From NCBI GenBank assembly GCA_964016885.1, contig OZ024743.1, positions 371,380,001 through 371,444,000 on the forward strand: 64,000 nucleotides of DNA, in the 5' to 3' direction. Position 1 is the stretch's first letter. Each line of letters starts with the position of its first letter. Positions 25,842 to 36,729 of the stretch are shown one piece after another. Under the pieces are notes generated by a model that saw only the letters and a list, made by a program, of their open reading frames with translations, was not told where the DNA came from and did no database searches. The stretch comes from Eledone cirrhosa. Lineage: Eukaryota. The position numbers were made by a program, and so were the translations under genes.

Positions 25842-28800
25842 ATGAATCTGCGAGCTACCAAGCACCCACGTGAAGCGCCAACCCAGAGACCCTCCCCTAC
25901 GAGTGTCGACAAATGCCCAAAACTCCGAGTTGGTACCATCAATGTAGGCTCAATGAAAGGAAGAGCAGGAGAAATCGTAGAAATGCTAGAGCGAAAGGAA
26001 GTTGATGTATGCTGTGTGCAAGAGACTAGATGGAGAGGAGGGTCTGCTAGAGTCCTTGTAGGAAAAAGCCAGTGCTACAAATTTTTCTGGGTGGGAAATG
26101 ACGATGGGATGGGTGGTGTAGGTATACTATTAGCTGACAAGTGGGTAGATAAAGTAATCTCAGTGTACAGGGTAAATGCAAGAATCATTAAACTCAGACT
26201 AGTCCTGAATAAGACAATTACCACAATAATATCAGCTTACGCACCCCAATCGGGGCTGCCAGACGAACTTAAGGATAGGTTTTACGAGTCCCTAATACAC
26301 ACTACTGCTCTAACAGACGACAAGGACTTCCTAATCATTGCAGGAGATTTTAACGGACACGTAGGTAAACACTGCGACGGCTTCAATAGAGTACATGGAG
26401 GCCATGGAGTTGGCACAAGGAATGAGGAAGGATTCAGACTTCTAGAATTCTGCGACGCCAATGACATGTCGATATGTAACACAAACTTTAAAAAACCCGA
26501 CAACCACCTGATCACCTATAGATCAGGGGAGCACTCTAGTCAGTTAGATTTTATCCTCATCAGAGGACGTGACAGATGGACGGTCGTAAACACAAAAGCC
26601 TTCCCTAGTGAGGAATGTACATCCCAACATAGCTTAGTTGTCAGCGACCTCACGGTCAGAACTAGACGAGCCCTGAAACAGAGGCCAACCTGGAGAAGAA
26701 AGATCTGGAAGCTGAAAGTCCCCTCAACCAGTAACAGATTTAAAGATATTTTACTCAACGCCTACGACAGTAAAGAAGAACAGATAGAGACATTTAACGT
26801 AGAAGAGAACTGGGAGTTCCTAAAAAATAACTTACTAGAGGCGACGGATGAGGTTTGTGGCTGGAGTAAGACCTCAAGCAGGAGGAGAGTGACTTGGTGG
26901 TGGAACAATAAGGTAGATGAAGCAGTCAAGGCCAAGAGACAGGCATGGAAAGAATGGAAGAACGGGGGGAGCAGGGTACATTACATAGAGACCAAGAGGG
27001 AAGCTAGGCGACAAGTATACTTAGCTAGGAGGGAAGCAGAGGATAGAAAATTCAAGCATGTTTTACAACGTGAGGACCAGAAACAGGAGGTATTCAAGAT
27101 TGCGAGGCAGTGTGTCAGAGATAGTTGTGATGTCATTGGAGAGAAGTGTATCCGGAATGATAAAGGTGAGCTTGCCCTCACAAGTGCTGAGAAGAAAGAT
27201 GCATGGAAGAGTCATTATGATAGATTACTAAATGAGGAGAATGCATGGGAAGAAGAGACCCTACCCCACGTAGACCCTATAGAGGGACCAGCAGTACAAG
27301 TCAGCGGCAGCGTAGTAAGTAAGGCAATCAGAGATATGAAGATAGGGAAGGCAACCGGTCCATCGGGTATAGCTGCCGAGATGCTGAAGGCATCTGGGTC
27401 TGTAGGTCACACTATAACCACACGTATCGTTAACCAGGTAATACTAGAGGGGGCCATACCAAAAGATTGGTGCAGTAGCATCATTGTCAACTGCTACAAA
27501 GGTAAAGGCGATGCACTAGATAGAGGAAACTATAGAGGTATAAAGTTGATGGACCAGGTCATGAAAGTAACAGAAAGAGTTATAGCACAGCTGATTAGGG
27601 ACCGGGTGAATATAGACGAGATGCAATTTGGGTTTGTACCAGGGAAAGGCACCACTGATGCGCTCTTCCTTGTGAGGCAATTACAGGAAAAGTACCTAGC
27701 TAAAAGTAAGCCACTCTACTTGGCATTTGTCGACCTTGAGAAAGCCTTTGACAGAGTTCCACGTGCAGTAATCTGGTGGGCTCTTAGAAAACTAGGAGTA
27801 GATGAATGGCTTGTGAAAGCGGTACAAGCCATGTATAGGGGAGCAGTCAGCAAAGTTAGGATTGGCAATGAGTATAGCGAGGAATTTAGCGTACAGGTTG
27901 GGGTCCACCAGGGCTCTGTTCTTAGCCCTCTCCTGTTCATCATAGTCCTGCAGGCAATAACGGAGGAGTTTAAGACCGGATGCCCATGGGAACTCCTGTA
28001 TGCTGATGACCTCGCACTCATAGCTGAATCTATGGTAGAACTAGAGAATAAATTCCAAACCTGGAAGCAGGGACTAGAGAGAAAGGGCCTCAAAGTCAAC
28101 ATGACAAAGACTAAGGTCCTTATAAGTAGACGAGAAAACAGAACCCAGATCCCCTCAGGGAAATGGCCTTGCTCAGTATGTAGGAAAGGTGTAGGTAGGA
28201 ACTCCATTCTTTGCCCCAAATGCAAACAATGGGTACACAAGAGATGTAGCGGGATCTCAGGAAGCTTAATTAAGAATGTAGGATTCACATGCAGCAGCTG
28301 TGCTGAAACAGCAAGCAAACAGCCACAGGAAACAAGTACCACCAATCTCTGGGAGGGCCCTGTAGAAACAGTAGACAGCTTCTGCTACCTAGGTGACCGA
28401 ATTAGCAACGGAGGTGGGTGCTCAGAAAGTACAATAACTAGGGTAAGAACGGGATGGAAGAAGTTTAGGGAACTACTACCACTGCTAGCTGCAAAAGGCT
28501 TCTCCCTCAGAATGAAAGGCAGACTGTATGATGCGTGTATCCGAACAGCGATGTTGCATGGTAGTGAGACCTGGGCGCTGAAGGTGGAAGACTTACGTAG
28601 ATTAGAGAGAAACGAAGCCTGCATGCTCCGATGGATGTGTAACAGTAATATACGTGAACGACAAAGCATAAATGAATTGAGAGAGAGACTGAGCATAAGA
28701 GGAATCAAATGCTGCGTGCAGGAGAGGCGGTTACGCTGGTATGGACATGTGATGCGTATGAAGGATGACAGCTGCATAAAAAGGTGCAGAGCACTAGAAG

Positions 28801-28961
28801 TTGATGGAAACCGCGGAGTGGGGAGACCCAAGATGACTTGGGATGAGGTGATAAAAGCCGACCTTACCCAACTACACCTCTCAAAGACAATGACACACGA
28901 CCGTGACTTCTGGCGTCACGCAGTAATACAGGGTACCCGACCTCCCATGGGTACATGCTGA
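25842..28961 (+). CDS. RTE LINE ORF: APE endonuclease, reverse transcriptase and internal PHD-type finger (1039 aa)
   Basis: APE motifs TINVGS, VQETRW, SAYAPQ, GDFNGH, SQLDFI, SQH; RT motifs NYRGIKL, QFGF, DLEKAFD, GVHQGSVLSP, YADD (27999-28010); Cys/His finger at 28170-28301; no stops. Confidence 0.96.
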   Translation: MNLRATKHPREAPTQRPSPTSVDKCPKLRVGTINVGSMKGRAGEIVEMLERKEVDVCCVQETRWRGGSARVLVGKSQCYKFFWVGNDDGMGGVGILLADKWVDKVISVYRVNARIIKLRLVLNKTITTIISAYAPQSGLPDELKDRFYESLIHTTALTDDKDFLIIAGDFNGHVGKHCDGFNRVHGGHGVGTRNEEGFRLLEFCDANDMSICNTNFKKPDNHLITYRSGEHSSQLDFILIRGRDRWTVVNTKAFPSEECTSQHSLVVSDLTVRTRRALKQRPTWRRKIWKLKVPSTSNRFKDILLNAYDSKEEQIETFNVEENWEFLKNNLLEATDEVCGWSKTSSRRRVTWWWNNKVDEAVKAKRQAWKEWKNGGSRVHYIETKREARRQVYLARREAEDRKFKHVLQREDQKQEVFKIARQCVRDSCDVIGEKCIRNDKGELALTSAEKKDAWKSHYDRLLNEENAWEEETLPHVDPIEGPAVQVSGSVVSKAIRDMKIGKATGPSGIAAEMLKASGSVGHTITTRIVNQVILEGAIPKDWCSSIIVNCYKGKGDALDRGNYRGIKLMDQVMKVTERVIAQLIRDRVNIDEMQFGFVPGKGTTDALFLVRQLQEKYLAKSKPLYLAFVDLEKAFDRVPRAVIWWALRKLGVDEWLVKAVQAMYRGAVSKVRIGNEYSEEFSVQVGVHQGSVLSPLLFIIVLQAITEEFKTGCPWELLYADDLALIAESMVELENKFQTWKQGLERKGLKVNMTKTKVLISRRENRTQIPSGKWPCSVCRKGVGRNSILCPKCKQWVHKRCSGISGSLIKNVGFTCSSCAETASKQPQETSTTNLWEGPVETVDSFCYLGDRISNGGGCSESTITRVRTGWKKFRELLPLLAAKGFSLRMKGRLYDACIRTAMLHGSETWALKVEDLRRLERNEACMLRWMCNSNIRERQSINELRERLSIRGIKCCVQERRLRWYGHVMRMKDDSCIKRCRALEVDGNRGVGRPKMTWDEVIKADLTQLHLSKTMTHDRDFWRHAVIQGTRPPMGTC

Positions 28962-30600
28962 AGCATATAAACAATATCGGGTCCATCGGGTATAGCTGCC
29001 GAGATGCTGAAGGCATCTGGGTCTGTAGGTCACACTATAACCACACGTATCGTTAACCAGGTAATACTAGAGGGGGCCATACCAAAAGATTGGTGCAGTA
29101 GCATCATTGTCAACTGCTACAAAGGTAAAGGCGATGCACTAGATAGAGGAAACTATAGAGGTATAAAGTTGATGGACCAGGTCATGAAAGTAACAGAAAG
29201 AGTTATAGCACAGCTGATTAGGGACCGGGTGAATATAGACGAGATGCAATTTGGGTTTGTACCAGGGAAAGGCACCACTGATGCGCTCTTCCTTGTGAGG
29301 CAATTACAGGAAAAGTACCTAGCTAAAAGTAAGCCACTCTACTTGGCATTTGTCGACCTTGAGAAAGCCTTTGACAGAGTTCCACGTGCAGTAATCTGGT
29401 GGGCTCTTAGAAAACTAGGAGTAGATGAATGGCTTGTGAAAGCGGTACAAGCCATGTATAGGGGAGCAGTCAGCAAAGTTAGGATTGGCAATGAGTATAG
29501 CGAGGAATTTAGCGTACAGGTTGGGGTCCACCAGGGCTCTGTTCTTAGCCCTCTCCTGTTCATCATAGTCCTGCAGGCAATAACGGAGGAGTTTAAGACC
29601 GGATGCCCATGGGAACTCCTGTATGCTGATGACCTCGCACTCATAGCTGAATCTATGGTAGAACTAGAGAATAAATTCCAAACCTGGAAGCAGGGACTAG
29701 AGAGAAAGGGCCTCAAAGTCAACATGACAAAGACTAAGGTCCTTATAAGTAGACGAGAAAACAGAACCCAGATCCCCTCAGGGAAATGGCCTTGCTCAGT
29801 ATGTAGGAAAGGTGTAGGTAGGAACTCCATTCTTTGCCCCAAATGCAAACAATGGGTACACAAGAGATGTAGCGGGATCTCAGGAAGCTTAATTAAGAAT
29901 GTAGGATTCACATGCAGCAGCTGTGCTGAAACAGCAAGCAAACAGCCACAGGAAACAAGTACCACCAATCTCTGGGAGGGCCCTGTAGAAACAGTAGACA
30001 GCTTCTGCTACCTAGGTGACCGAATTAGCAACGGAGGTGGGTGCTCAGAAAGTACAATAACTAGGGTAAGAACGGGATGGAAGAAGTTTAGGGAACTACT
30101 ACCACTGCTAGCTGCAAAAGGCTTCTCCCTCAGAATGAAAGGCAGACTGTATGATGCGTGTATCCGAACAGCGATGTTGCATGGTAGTGAGACCTGGGCG
30201 CTGAAGGTGGAAGACTTACGTAGATTAGAGAGAAACGAAGCCTGCATGCTCCGATGGATGTGTAACAGTAATATACGTGAACGACAAAGCATAAATGAAT
30301 TGAGAGAGAGACTGAGCATAAGAGGAATCAAATGCTGCGTGCAGGAGAGGCGGTTACGCTGGTATGGACATGTGATGCGTATGAAGGATGACAGCTGCAT
30401 AAAAAGGTGCAGAGCACTAGAAGTTGATGGAAACCGCGGAGTGGGGAGACCCAAGATGACTTGGGATGAGGTGATAAAAGCCGACCTTACCCAACTACAC
30501 CTCTCAAAGACAATGACACACGACCGTGACTTCTGGCGTCACGCAGTAATACAGGGTACCCGACCTCCCATGGGTACATGCTGAAGCATATAAACAATAT
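27357..30600 (+). repeat. Exact direct tandem duplication (27357-28977 and 28980-30600)
   Basis: Both units run from GGTCCATCGGG to AAACAATAT, joined by 2 extra nt (CG). Confidence 0.95.
29004..30584 (+). CDS. Duplicated RT plus PHD plus C-terminal half of the RTE ORF (526 aa, no endonuclease)
   Basis: Protein identical to the last 526 residues of ORF 25842-28961; offset 1623 nt. Expression unknown. Confidence 0.7.
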   Translation: MLKASGSVGHTITTRIVNQVILEGAIPKDWCSSIIVNCYKGKGDALDRGNYRGIKLMDQVMKVTERVIAQLIRDRVNIDEMQFGFVPGKGTTDALFLVRQLQEKYLAKSKPLYLAFVDLEKAFDRVPRAVIWWALRKLGVDEWLVKAVQAMYRGAVSKVRIGNEYSEEFSVQVGVHQGSVLSPLLFIIVLQAITEEFKTGCPWELLYADDLALIAESMVELENKFQTWKQGLERKGLKVNMTKTKVLISRRENRTQIPSGKWPCSVCRKGVGRNSILCPKCKQWVHKRCSGISGSLIKNVGFTCSSCAETASKQPQETSTTNLWEGPVETVDSFCYLGDRISNGGGCSESTITRVRTGWKKFRELLPLLAAKGFSLRMKGRLYDACIRTAMLHGSETWALKVEDLRRLERNEACMLRWMCNSNIRERQSINELRERLSIRGIKCCVQERRLRWYGHVMRMKDDSCIKRCRALEVDGNRGVGRPKMTWDEVIKADLTQLHLSKTMTHDRDFWRHAVIQGTRPPMGTC

Positions 30601-31675
30601 GCCCCCCCCCCCCCCCCACCCCACCCCACCGCAAGGTGGTCGTGGAGGTGCCACGGCAAAAAAGCACCCAGCCCACACTGTAAAGTGGACGTGTAGGCGC
30701 CACGAAAAAGCACCCAGCACTCACTGTAAATGAGGTTGGTGTTAGGAAGGGCATCCAGCTGTAGAAATCAAGCCAGATCAGTTCCTGTATGAGCAAGGCA
30801 TGGTCAGCCGACCAGACACTGCCCACAACAGGACAACCCGTCTAACCCATGCTAGCGTGGAAGAACGGACGTAAAACGGTGATGATGATGATGATGATGA
30901 CAGAATTATCAAACTTAGAATATCTTGAGGAAATAGAATGGTGACAATTACATCTACCTATGCTCCACAGGCAGCACTGATATGTATGTATGACCATTTT
31001 ATGGTGTGGATTGGGACGGTAGATATAGGAGTGTGGTGATTACGGCGAGGGAGGTACTTATATACATATATATTTTGTATATCTAATGATATACGGTCTG
31101 TTTACAAATAAACATTTTGAAAGCTAATGGCTAGTGGATTCCAGGAGTTTCTGGTTTATGACTGTCATCAGGACAGTGCTTCCCCCACCCTGCTCTCTGC
31201 TGGAATTTGATACAGGCGAAAATATATAGTTTTCTCACCTATGTACATGGGCTGATTAGCCTCATTTGTATATAGAGCTGTCTGGCTGACTCAGCATGAA
31301 AATAGAATTAAAGTTTTCCTGCCAACATAGTTGAATACATATGTGAATTTTGCACATATATATATATGTATACTTATAAAATCACAAGTTTTTCTGCACT
31401 TTTATTGCTGCATATAATTTTCAGGACTTTTGGAAATTTAAAAAAGTTCTTTAATTACAATTTTATATTTGTAATTAAGGCATTAAATTAATTTTTTTTA
31501 ACCTTAAACCCTGTAATTGTTTATGGGTACTGTGCTAGTTATAAAAGAGATGTTTCAGCAGATTATTTGTGTATGTGTGGGTGTGTGCATGCGCTAGTGT
31601 GGGGTTCCTTTGACTCTTTATCTCTTTCACTCTTTGCCACCCTGGTTAGTATGTATACACCCCCCAACCCATAGC

Positions 31676-32751
31676 TTTAATCCTGTTGGTCAAAAAAGTC
31701 AACAACAGCAGATATGATGTCATCATCACTGCGACACTGGTTCCCATCCAAGTGTTTTTTCATGTTGGGGAACAGATGGTAGTCAGATGGGGCCAAATCA
31801 GGAGAATAGTGAGGGTCATCAACCTGTTCAAAGCCACAATCACACAACCATGCACAGCAGTCATTGAAAGCAAGGACTTGTGTCCTAGAGCACTGTCCTG
31901 ATGAAGCAAGAGCCCTTTCTTCAGTTTTCCTGGGTGTTTGGTTTTGATAGCCTTTCATAACTGCTACAGCGAGTTATCATAGTACTCTCCATTGATGGTG
32001 TGGCCCTTTTGAAGGTAGTCAATAAACACAATGACTTTTGCATCCAAAAACACTGATAACCACCATAGTTTTTTTTTATGCAGGAAAGGAGGGGGTGTTT
32101 CCACTGCATAGATTGTCTCTTTGTCTTTGGATCAAAGTGATGAACTCAACACTGGTTTAGGAAACCAATGAAACAATGTCAGATTTTCCTGTGATGTGAT
32201 ACATTTTGATCAGGTGTCAGAAGACGTGGTACCCACCATGCAAAAACCTTCGTCATGCCAAGTTCATTGCGCAGAATATTCTCAACTCTCTCATGGAATA
32301 TGCTAATAGCATTGGCTATATGACTTATAATCAATCACCTGTCATCCATCACAATCAATATTTTCCTTGGTGGTGGCAGTTGTAGGGCGTCCAGATCTTG
32401 AGTCATCTTCAAGTCTCTCCTTTCCCCCATTAATTCAGCTGCCCACTTTTGCACAGTTGATAAAGGTGGATCATCATTCCCTAATGTAGCAACCATGTCA
32501 GCATGAATGTCTTTGGGGGTAAACTCTTTTTTTGCAAGCACTTGACACCATGATGCCAAATTTTGTCCATTTTCAAGAGAAGTCACTACTAGTTACTTTT
32601 GAAGTCTTCTTTGAACAGTTAGATATCAGTTTACCTCAAAAAAAAAATGCAGTTATTAATAAGTGGAGTTGAAATTAATGTATGCAAGATTTCACAACTT
32701 TAGCATCACTCCTTCATGGTCAGACTATGAACTTTTCAGCTAACCATCGTA
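31676..32751 (-). mobile_element. Mariner (Tc1/mariner) transposon remnant
   Basis: HYSPDLAPSDYHLFPNMKKHL motif, N-terminal HTH (TPKDIHADMVATLG...STVQKWAAE), TIR-like TACGATGGTTAGCTGAAAAGTTC at about 32729-32751. Confidence 0.9.
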
Positions 32752-32852
32752 TGTTGTCAAATGTGACCAACAAACCAATACATATTGAGTACTATATATT
32801 AAAGATTGGATGATATTATTTCATTTTTTTTTTCTCTTCTTTTTTTTGCTAG

Positions 32853-33005
32853 AAACCTGCTCCAGACCATCGCAGAAAATGGGACCGCGAAGAATATGAG
32901 AGACTTGCCAGTGAAAGGCTCAAAGCTGAACAGTTATGCCAACTAGACAAAAACCTAAAGGAGCCACCAGTAAAACGAGCTTTGCTGCAACCCCGTGATT
33001 ACAGG
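32853..33005 (+). CDS. ZMAT2: ZMAT2 exon 2
   Basis: Long pyrimidine tract plus TAG acceptor; KPAPDHRRKWDREEYERLA...PVKRALLQPRDYR; AGG|GTATGG donor. Confidence 0.93.
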
Positions 33006-33322
33006 GTATGGATTAATACAGCTGTAGTTGTTGTTATATCAATATTTATTGTAGAGTAAAGTGTCTATCTAAATCAGAGCTTCTCAAAGTGGTCTATATA
33101 AACTCCTAGAGGTGAATAAAAGCTGTGGTTTACAAGGAGTGAGTTTACTAGTTTGCATTTATTATTCCCTTTATAATGGGAGAACAATTGTTGGATAATG
33201 TAGACTAGCTGTCTGATATCGCATACACCCAGCAGAATGCCTGATGTAGTGTGATGGCCACTAGTGATATGTCATATATACTGGAATCTAGGTTTAACAA
33301 TGTGCATTATTTACTAAACTAG

Positions 33323-33487
33323 GGCGGTGGATTGGCAGTATAGGTAGAGGATCGGACGCTATGCCTTGCAGCATAGAGTTATGCCTCTTTACAGTCTGAG
33401 TACAAAGCCCACAGAGGTTGATAAAATAAAGTACCCATAATGCACTGGGATAATTGCTGGCCTTGTACCAAAAGTAGAAACAATTAT
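33323..33487 (+). mobile_element. SINE (same family as 41817-41990, 34380-34540, 51216-51260)
   Basis: Shared GGTGGATTGGCAGTA head and GATAAAATAAAGTACC...ATTGCTGGCCTTGT...AAAAGTAGAAACAATTAT end. Confidence 0.7.
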
Positions 33488-33988
33488 TTTCTAAACAAAC
33501 AGAGATGCATTTTGAACAGAGAATGTGGTGATTTGTGTCTCAATCTCACAAACCTATCACCTATTATTTATGATCTTCTAACAATAATTCACGCATTAAA
33601 GGGATGTTTACATTTATAGTTTACTGGTTGTTTTCTCATGTAAGTTGTATTAAACATTGGTAAATTGTAATTTTATAGTCAATTTGTTGTAATTTGTAAT
33701 TTTATAGTCAATTTGTTGTAGGGAGGGGTGAATAGAAATAACATTTTGTTACTAAAGGTCTTTCAATTAAAAAGTATGAGAAGCGCTGGTTTAAATGACT
33801 TGAGGTATTTAACCTTTTCTTACCTGTTGATTTGGTATGACACCAAAATTTAATTTGCCATGTTGTTAAATTGAAAATGAAGGCTTCCATATAACTTTGT
33901 GGTTTTATTTTAAGAATTTTCTTTTATTGTCATTTCCTTCCTTACTTTACAATTTTATTTCAATGCGGTGCTTCTCTCTTCTACATAG

Positions 33989-34059
33989 GTTGATCTTGAA
34001 TCAAAATTAGGTAAATCAATGGTTATAACCAAGACAACACCAGCATCTCAGCAAGGAGG
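33989..34059 (+). CDS. ZMAT2: ZMAT2 exon 3
   Basis: VDLESKLGKSMVITKTTPASQQGG; AG/GT boundaries, phase 0 to 2. Confidence 0.93.
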
Positions 34060-35038
34060 GTTTGTAGTCACTTTTTTTGTAGCATATTTATGTACTTAAA
34101 ATGAAAATATTAAATAAAACATCTCTCTTTCTTTTTATCTCTCTCTCCATACCCTAGTTATATATGTTAATATAGATGCAAGTTGGACAGGATGTATTGC
34201 TATTTTTCTCAGTCCTGTGAACCCTGTATTTTTAGATCAGATTTCACCATATTTTCTTCCTTGGTCTCAGACATACACACACTTTTACTCACTGTCAGCT
34301 TACAGGCATTTTTTCCCACCATTTGTTATTCTTTTACTTGACAATACGGATAAACTATAATCCAAAAGACAGGAGTAGAACAAAGTATATGGTACTGAAT
34401 ATCTGAGAGTCAAACAAAATTCCTTGCAGTATTTTGTTGTGACCATTTACATTCTGATTTTAAATACTACCAAGGCCAACCTTACCTTTCATCCTACCAG
34501 GTCCAGTAAAATAAATATGAGTCAAGTACTGAGGTCAATATAATAAAAATTCAGAATACTATCCACTCAAATATTGTACTAATTACATGCACATTTGGTC
34601 AGAGTGTATGACCCTTTTCGGTATCTTCATGACTGGTGGAATGAAGAGAAGTTATCCTCATATGGGAGACCTGACTTGAATGCTTGTAACAGAGTGGATT
34701 ATGATAATGACATCCACGAGCCAGCTGATGGTGATAAACAGGAGGATAGATTAAGTCTGCTACTCCAAAACAGTTGTGGTCCATCCAATAGGCTTCTACA
34801 CAGTTTCCAGCTATAAAATTTCTACTCCCAAGTTTTGGTAAACCTAAGACTATGGTAGCAGTCACTTGCACAGAGAAATTGAAACAAAAACCATGTAACT
34901 GTGAAATGAATGTTTTACCTATACGGTCATACCAGCAGCCATGTTATACATGCGGTTTTTATTGTTTTAGCTAAGACCTTGGTATCAGACTTTGCATTGT
35001 TTTTCTTGCTATAAGCTATTGTTTTTCATTCATTCTAG

Positions 35039-35112
35039 ATATTATTGCAATGTCTGTGATTGTGTTGTAAAAGATTCTATTAATTTCCTCGATCATATTA
35101 ATGGAAAAAAAC
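35039..35112 (+). CDS. ZMAT2: ZMAT2 exon 4 (matrin/U1-type zinc finger)
   Basis: [24 protein letters not shown], matching my recollection of human ZMAT2; C|GTGAGT donor. Confidence 0.96.
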
Positions 35113-36729
35113 GTGAGTATCATCTTAATATATAAAACATTGTCATGTGTCCATTTTTATTTGTTGGTTTCCTTCTCTCTATATAGCTGGAAGAAGGCAG
35201 TGACAGTACTGAAAGAAGTGGAAGAAACAGAAAGAAAGTATTATAAAATAGGTAGATTAGATAGTTAAATAGATAGGTGAGAGATTGACAGAGTGAGATA
35301 AAAAGAGAAAAAAGCAGCAGCTTGTTTTTCCATGCTTTAATGGGTTGGACAGGTCTTCTCCAGCATAATGCTTCAGTACAAGTTGTTATCCTTTGTCATC
35401 TCATTCATAAGGTTCAGCGTTTTGAGATCAGTCTTCATCACTTCATCCCATATCTTCCTAGGTCTTAATCTTCCACAGTTACCATCCAGTTTGGGTACTT
35501 GGCATTTCTTTATACAATTGGCATTCTACATATACCATAGACATCACAGAACTATACCAACATAGTCTCTTCTTTGTCACACTACATCTGATTCCTCTTA
35601 TATCCAGTTTTTCTTCCAGCTCATTTATCCTTCATCATTTGTGCACACTAACATAACAGATTAAGTGGAGCATTATGGCTTCATTTATTTTCAACCTTTG
35701 CAAATTCAGCATTTAAAGTCTACAAATCACTACTATGCAGCATTGCATTTTGTATACGAGCATCATACAATCTACTCTTCACTCTGAGAGAAACCTTTTG
35801 TTACTGACAGAGGTAACAACTCCCCGAGCATTTTCCACACATCTGTTTTTATATCTCTTTTATTGATTTGTATAAATCAATAGTCATAATTGTTTCCTTT
35901 AGACTTAATATCACACAGTAACAGAATGATATATTCATTTATATTAGAATTAGTATTATGTTAATTATCATTAAACCATAAGCATTATAGTGACTGAATG
36001 CATTATAATATTTCGTTTTATTTCTCTTGGTTTCTGTGTCCAAATACTTTCATTTTCATCCTTTTGTGGGTCAAGAGCATTAGCTATGTGTATCTATGTT
36101 TAGAATAGGTACAGTGTATCCCTGCATGTCATAAGATACGACTAAAAGCATTGGCACCAGAAAGGACATTGTGCTGTAAAACATTGCATCAAAAAGGACC
36201 ACATGATCAGTATGAAGTTTGATATGTGACATGCAACACTAAACCTGGTGGAGCAGGGAAAATGGCCATAAAACATGTATGTGTGAGGGCACGTGTATGC
36301 ATGTGGATCAAATGTATAAATAATATGCTGAATAAATGCAACTTATGAGCAGTCTTTTCAACCTCGATTGAGAAGACTTAGCATGTAGATAGTTGATCAA
36401 CTGAGTATGTCTTTTCAACTGACCCAGGTTTACTGAAGACAACAATGCACACTGATAGTGTTGTACATTATCTAGATTACAATGTGGCTACCTGGGCATA
36501 TTACATTTTTTCTGTTGTCTGGTCTGTTGTTGCTTAGCTCCAAGTCAGACTTCAACACACACCTATATTGAAAGGCAGGCTGAATGTGACCATCCCATTG
36601 TATTTTCAAATATAATATATCTAGGACTACATTATCTTGTGTGTCCTTTGTATTTTAACATGGTACAGTGTGGTTTGGGAGAAATTTGGTTGCTTTTTCT
36701 AGCATGTCAAGTGACTATGTTGAGTAATA

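Larger units (their letters stand above)
25173..30900 (+). mobile_element. Young full-length RTE-clade LINE with internal 1.62-kb tandem duplication, in ZMAT2 intron 1 (sense)
   Basis: ~670-nt 5' UTR, intact single ORF, 3' UTR with C-tract and repeat units, (GAT)n tail at about 30880-30900. Confidence 0.93.
24900..30990 (+). mobile_element. Older RTE endonuclease fragment split by the young RTE insertion
   Basis: ...KWIDKVIDMVRV (to 25172) resumes as (S)DRIIKLR...STYAPQ at 30898-30970. Confidence 0.8.

Noticed and set aside
27716-30454. Long antisense ORFs (209 aa and 148 aa, each twice) and similar ones opposite other RTE copies
   Set aside because: Shadow frames of the RT ORF; no recognisable motifs, and broken at different places in sister copies.
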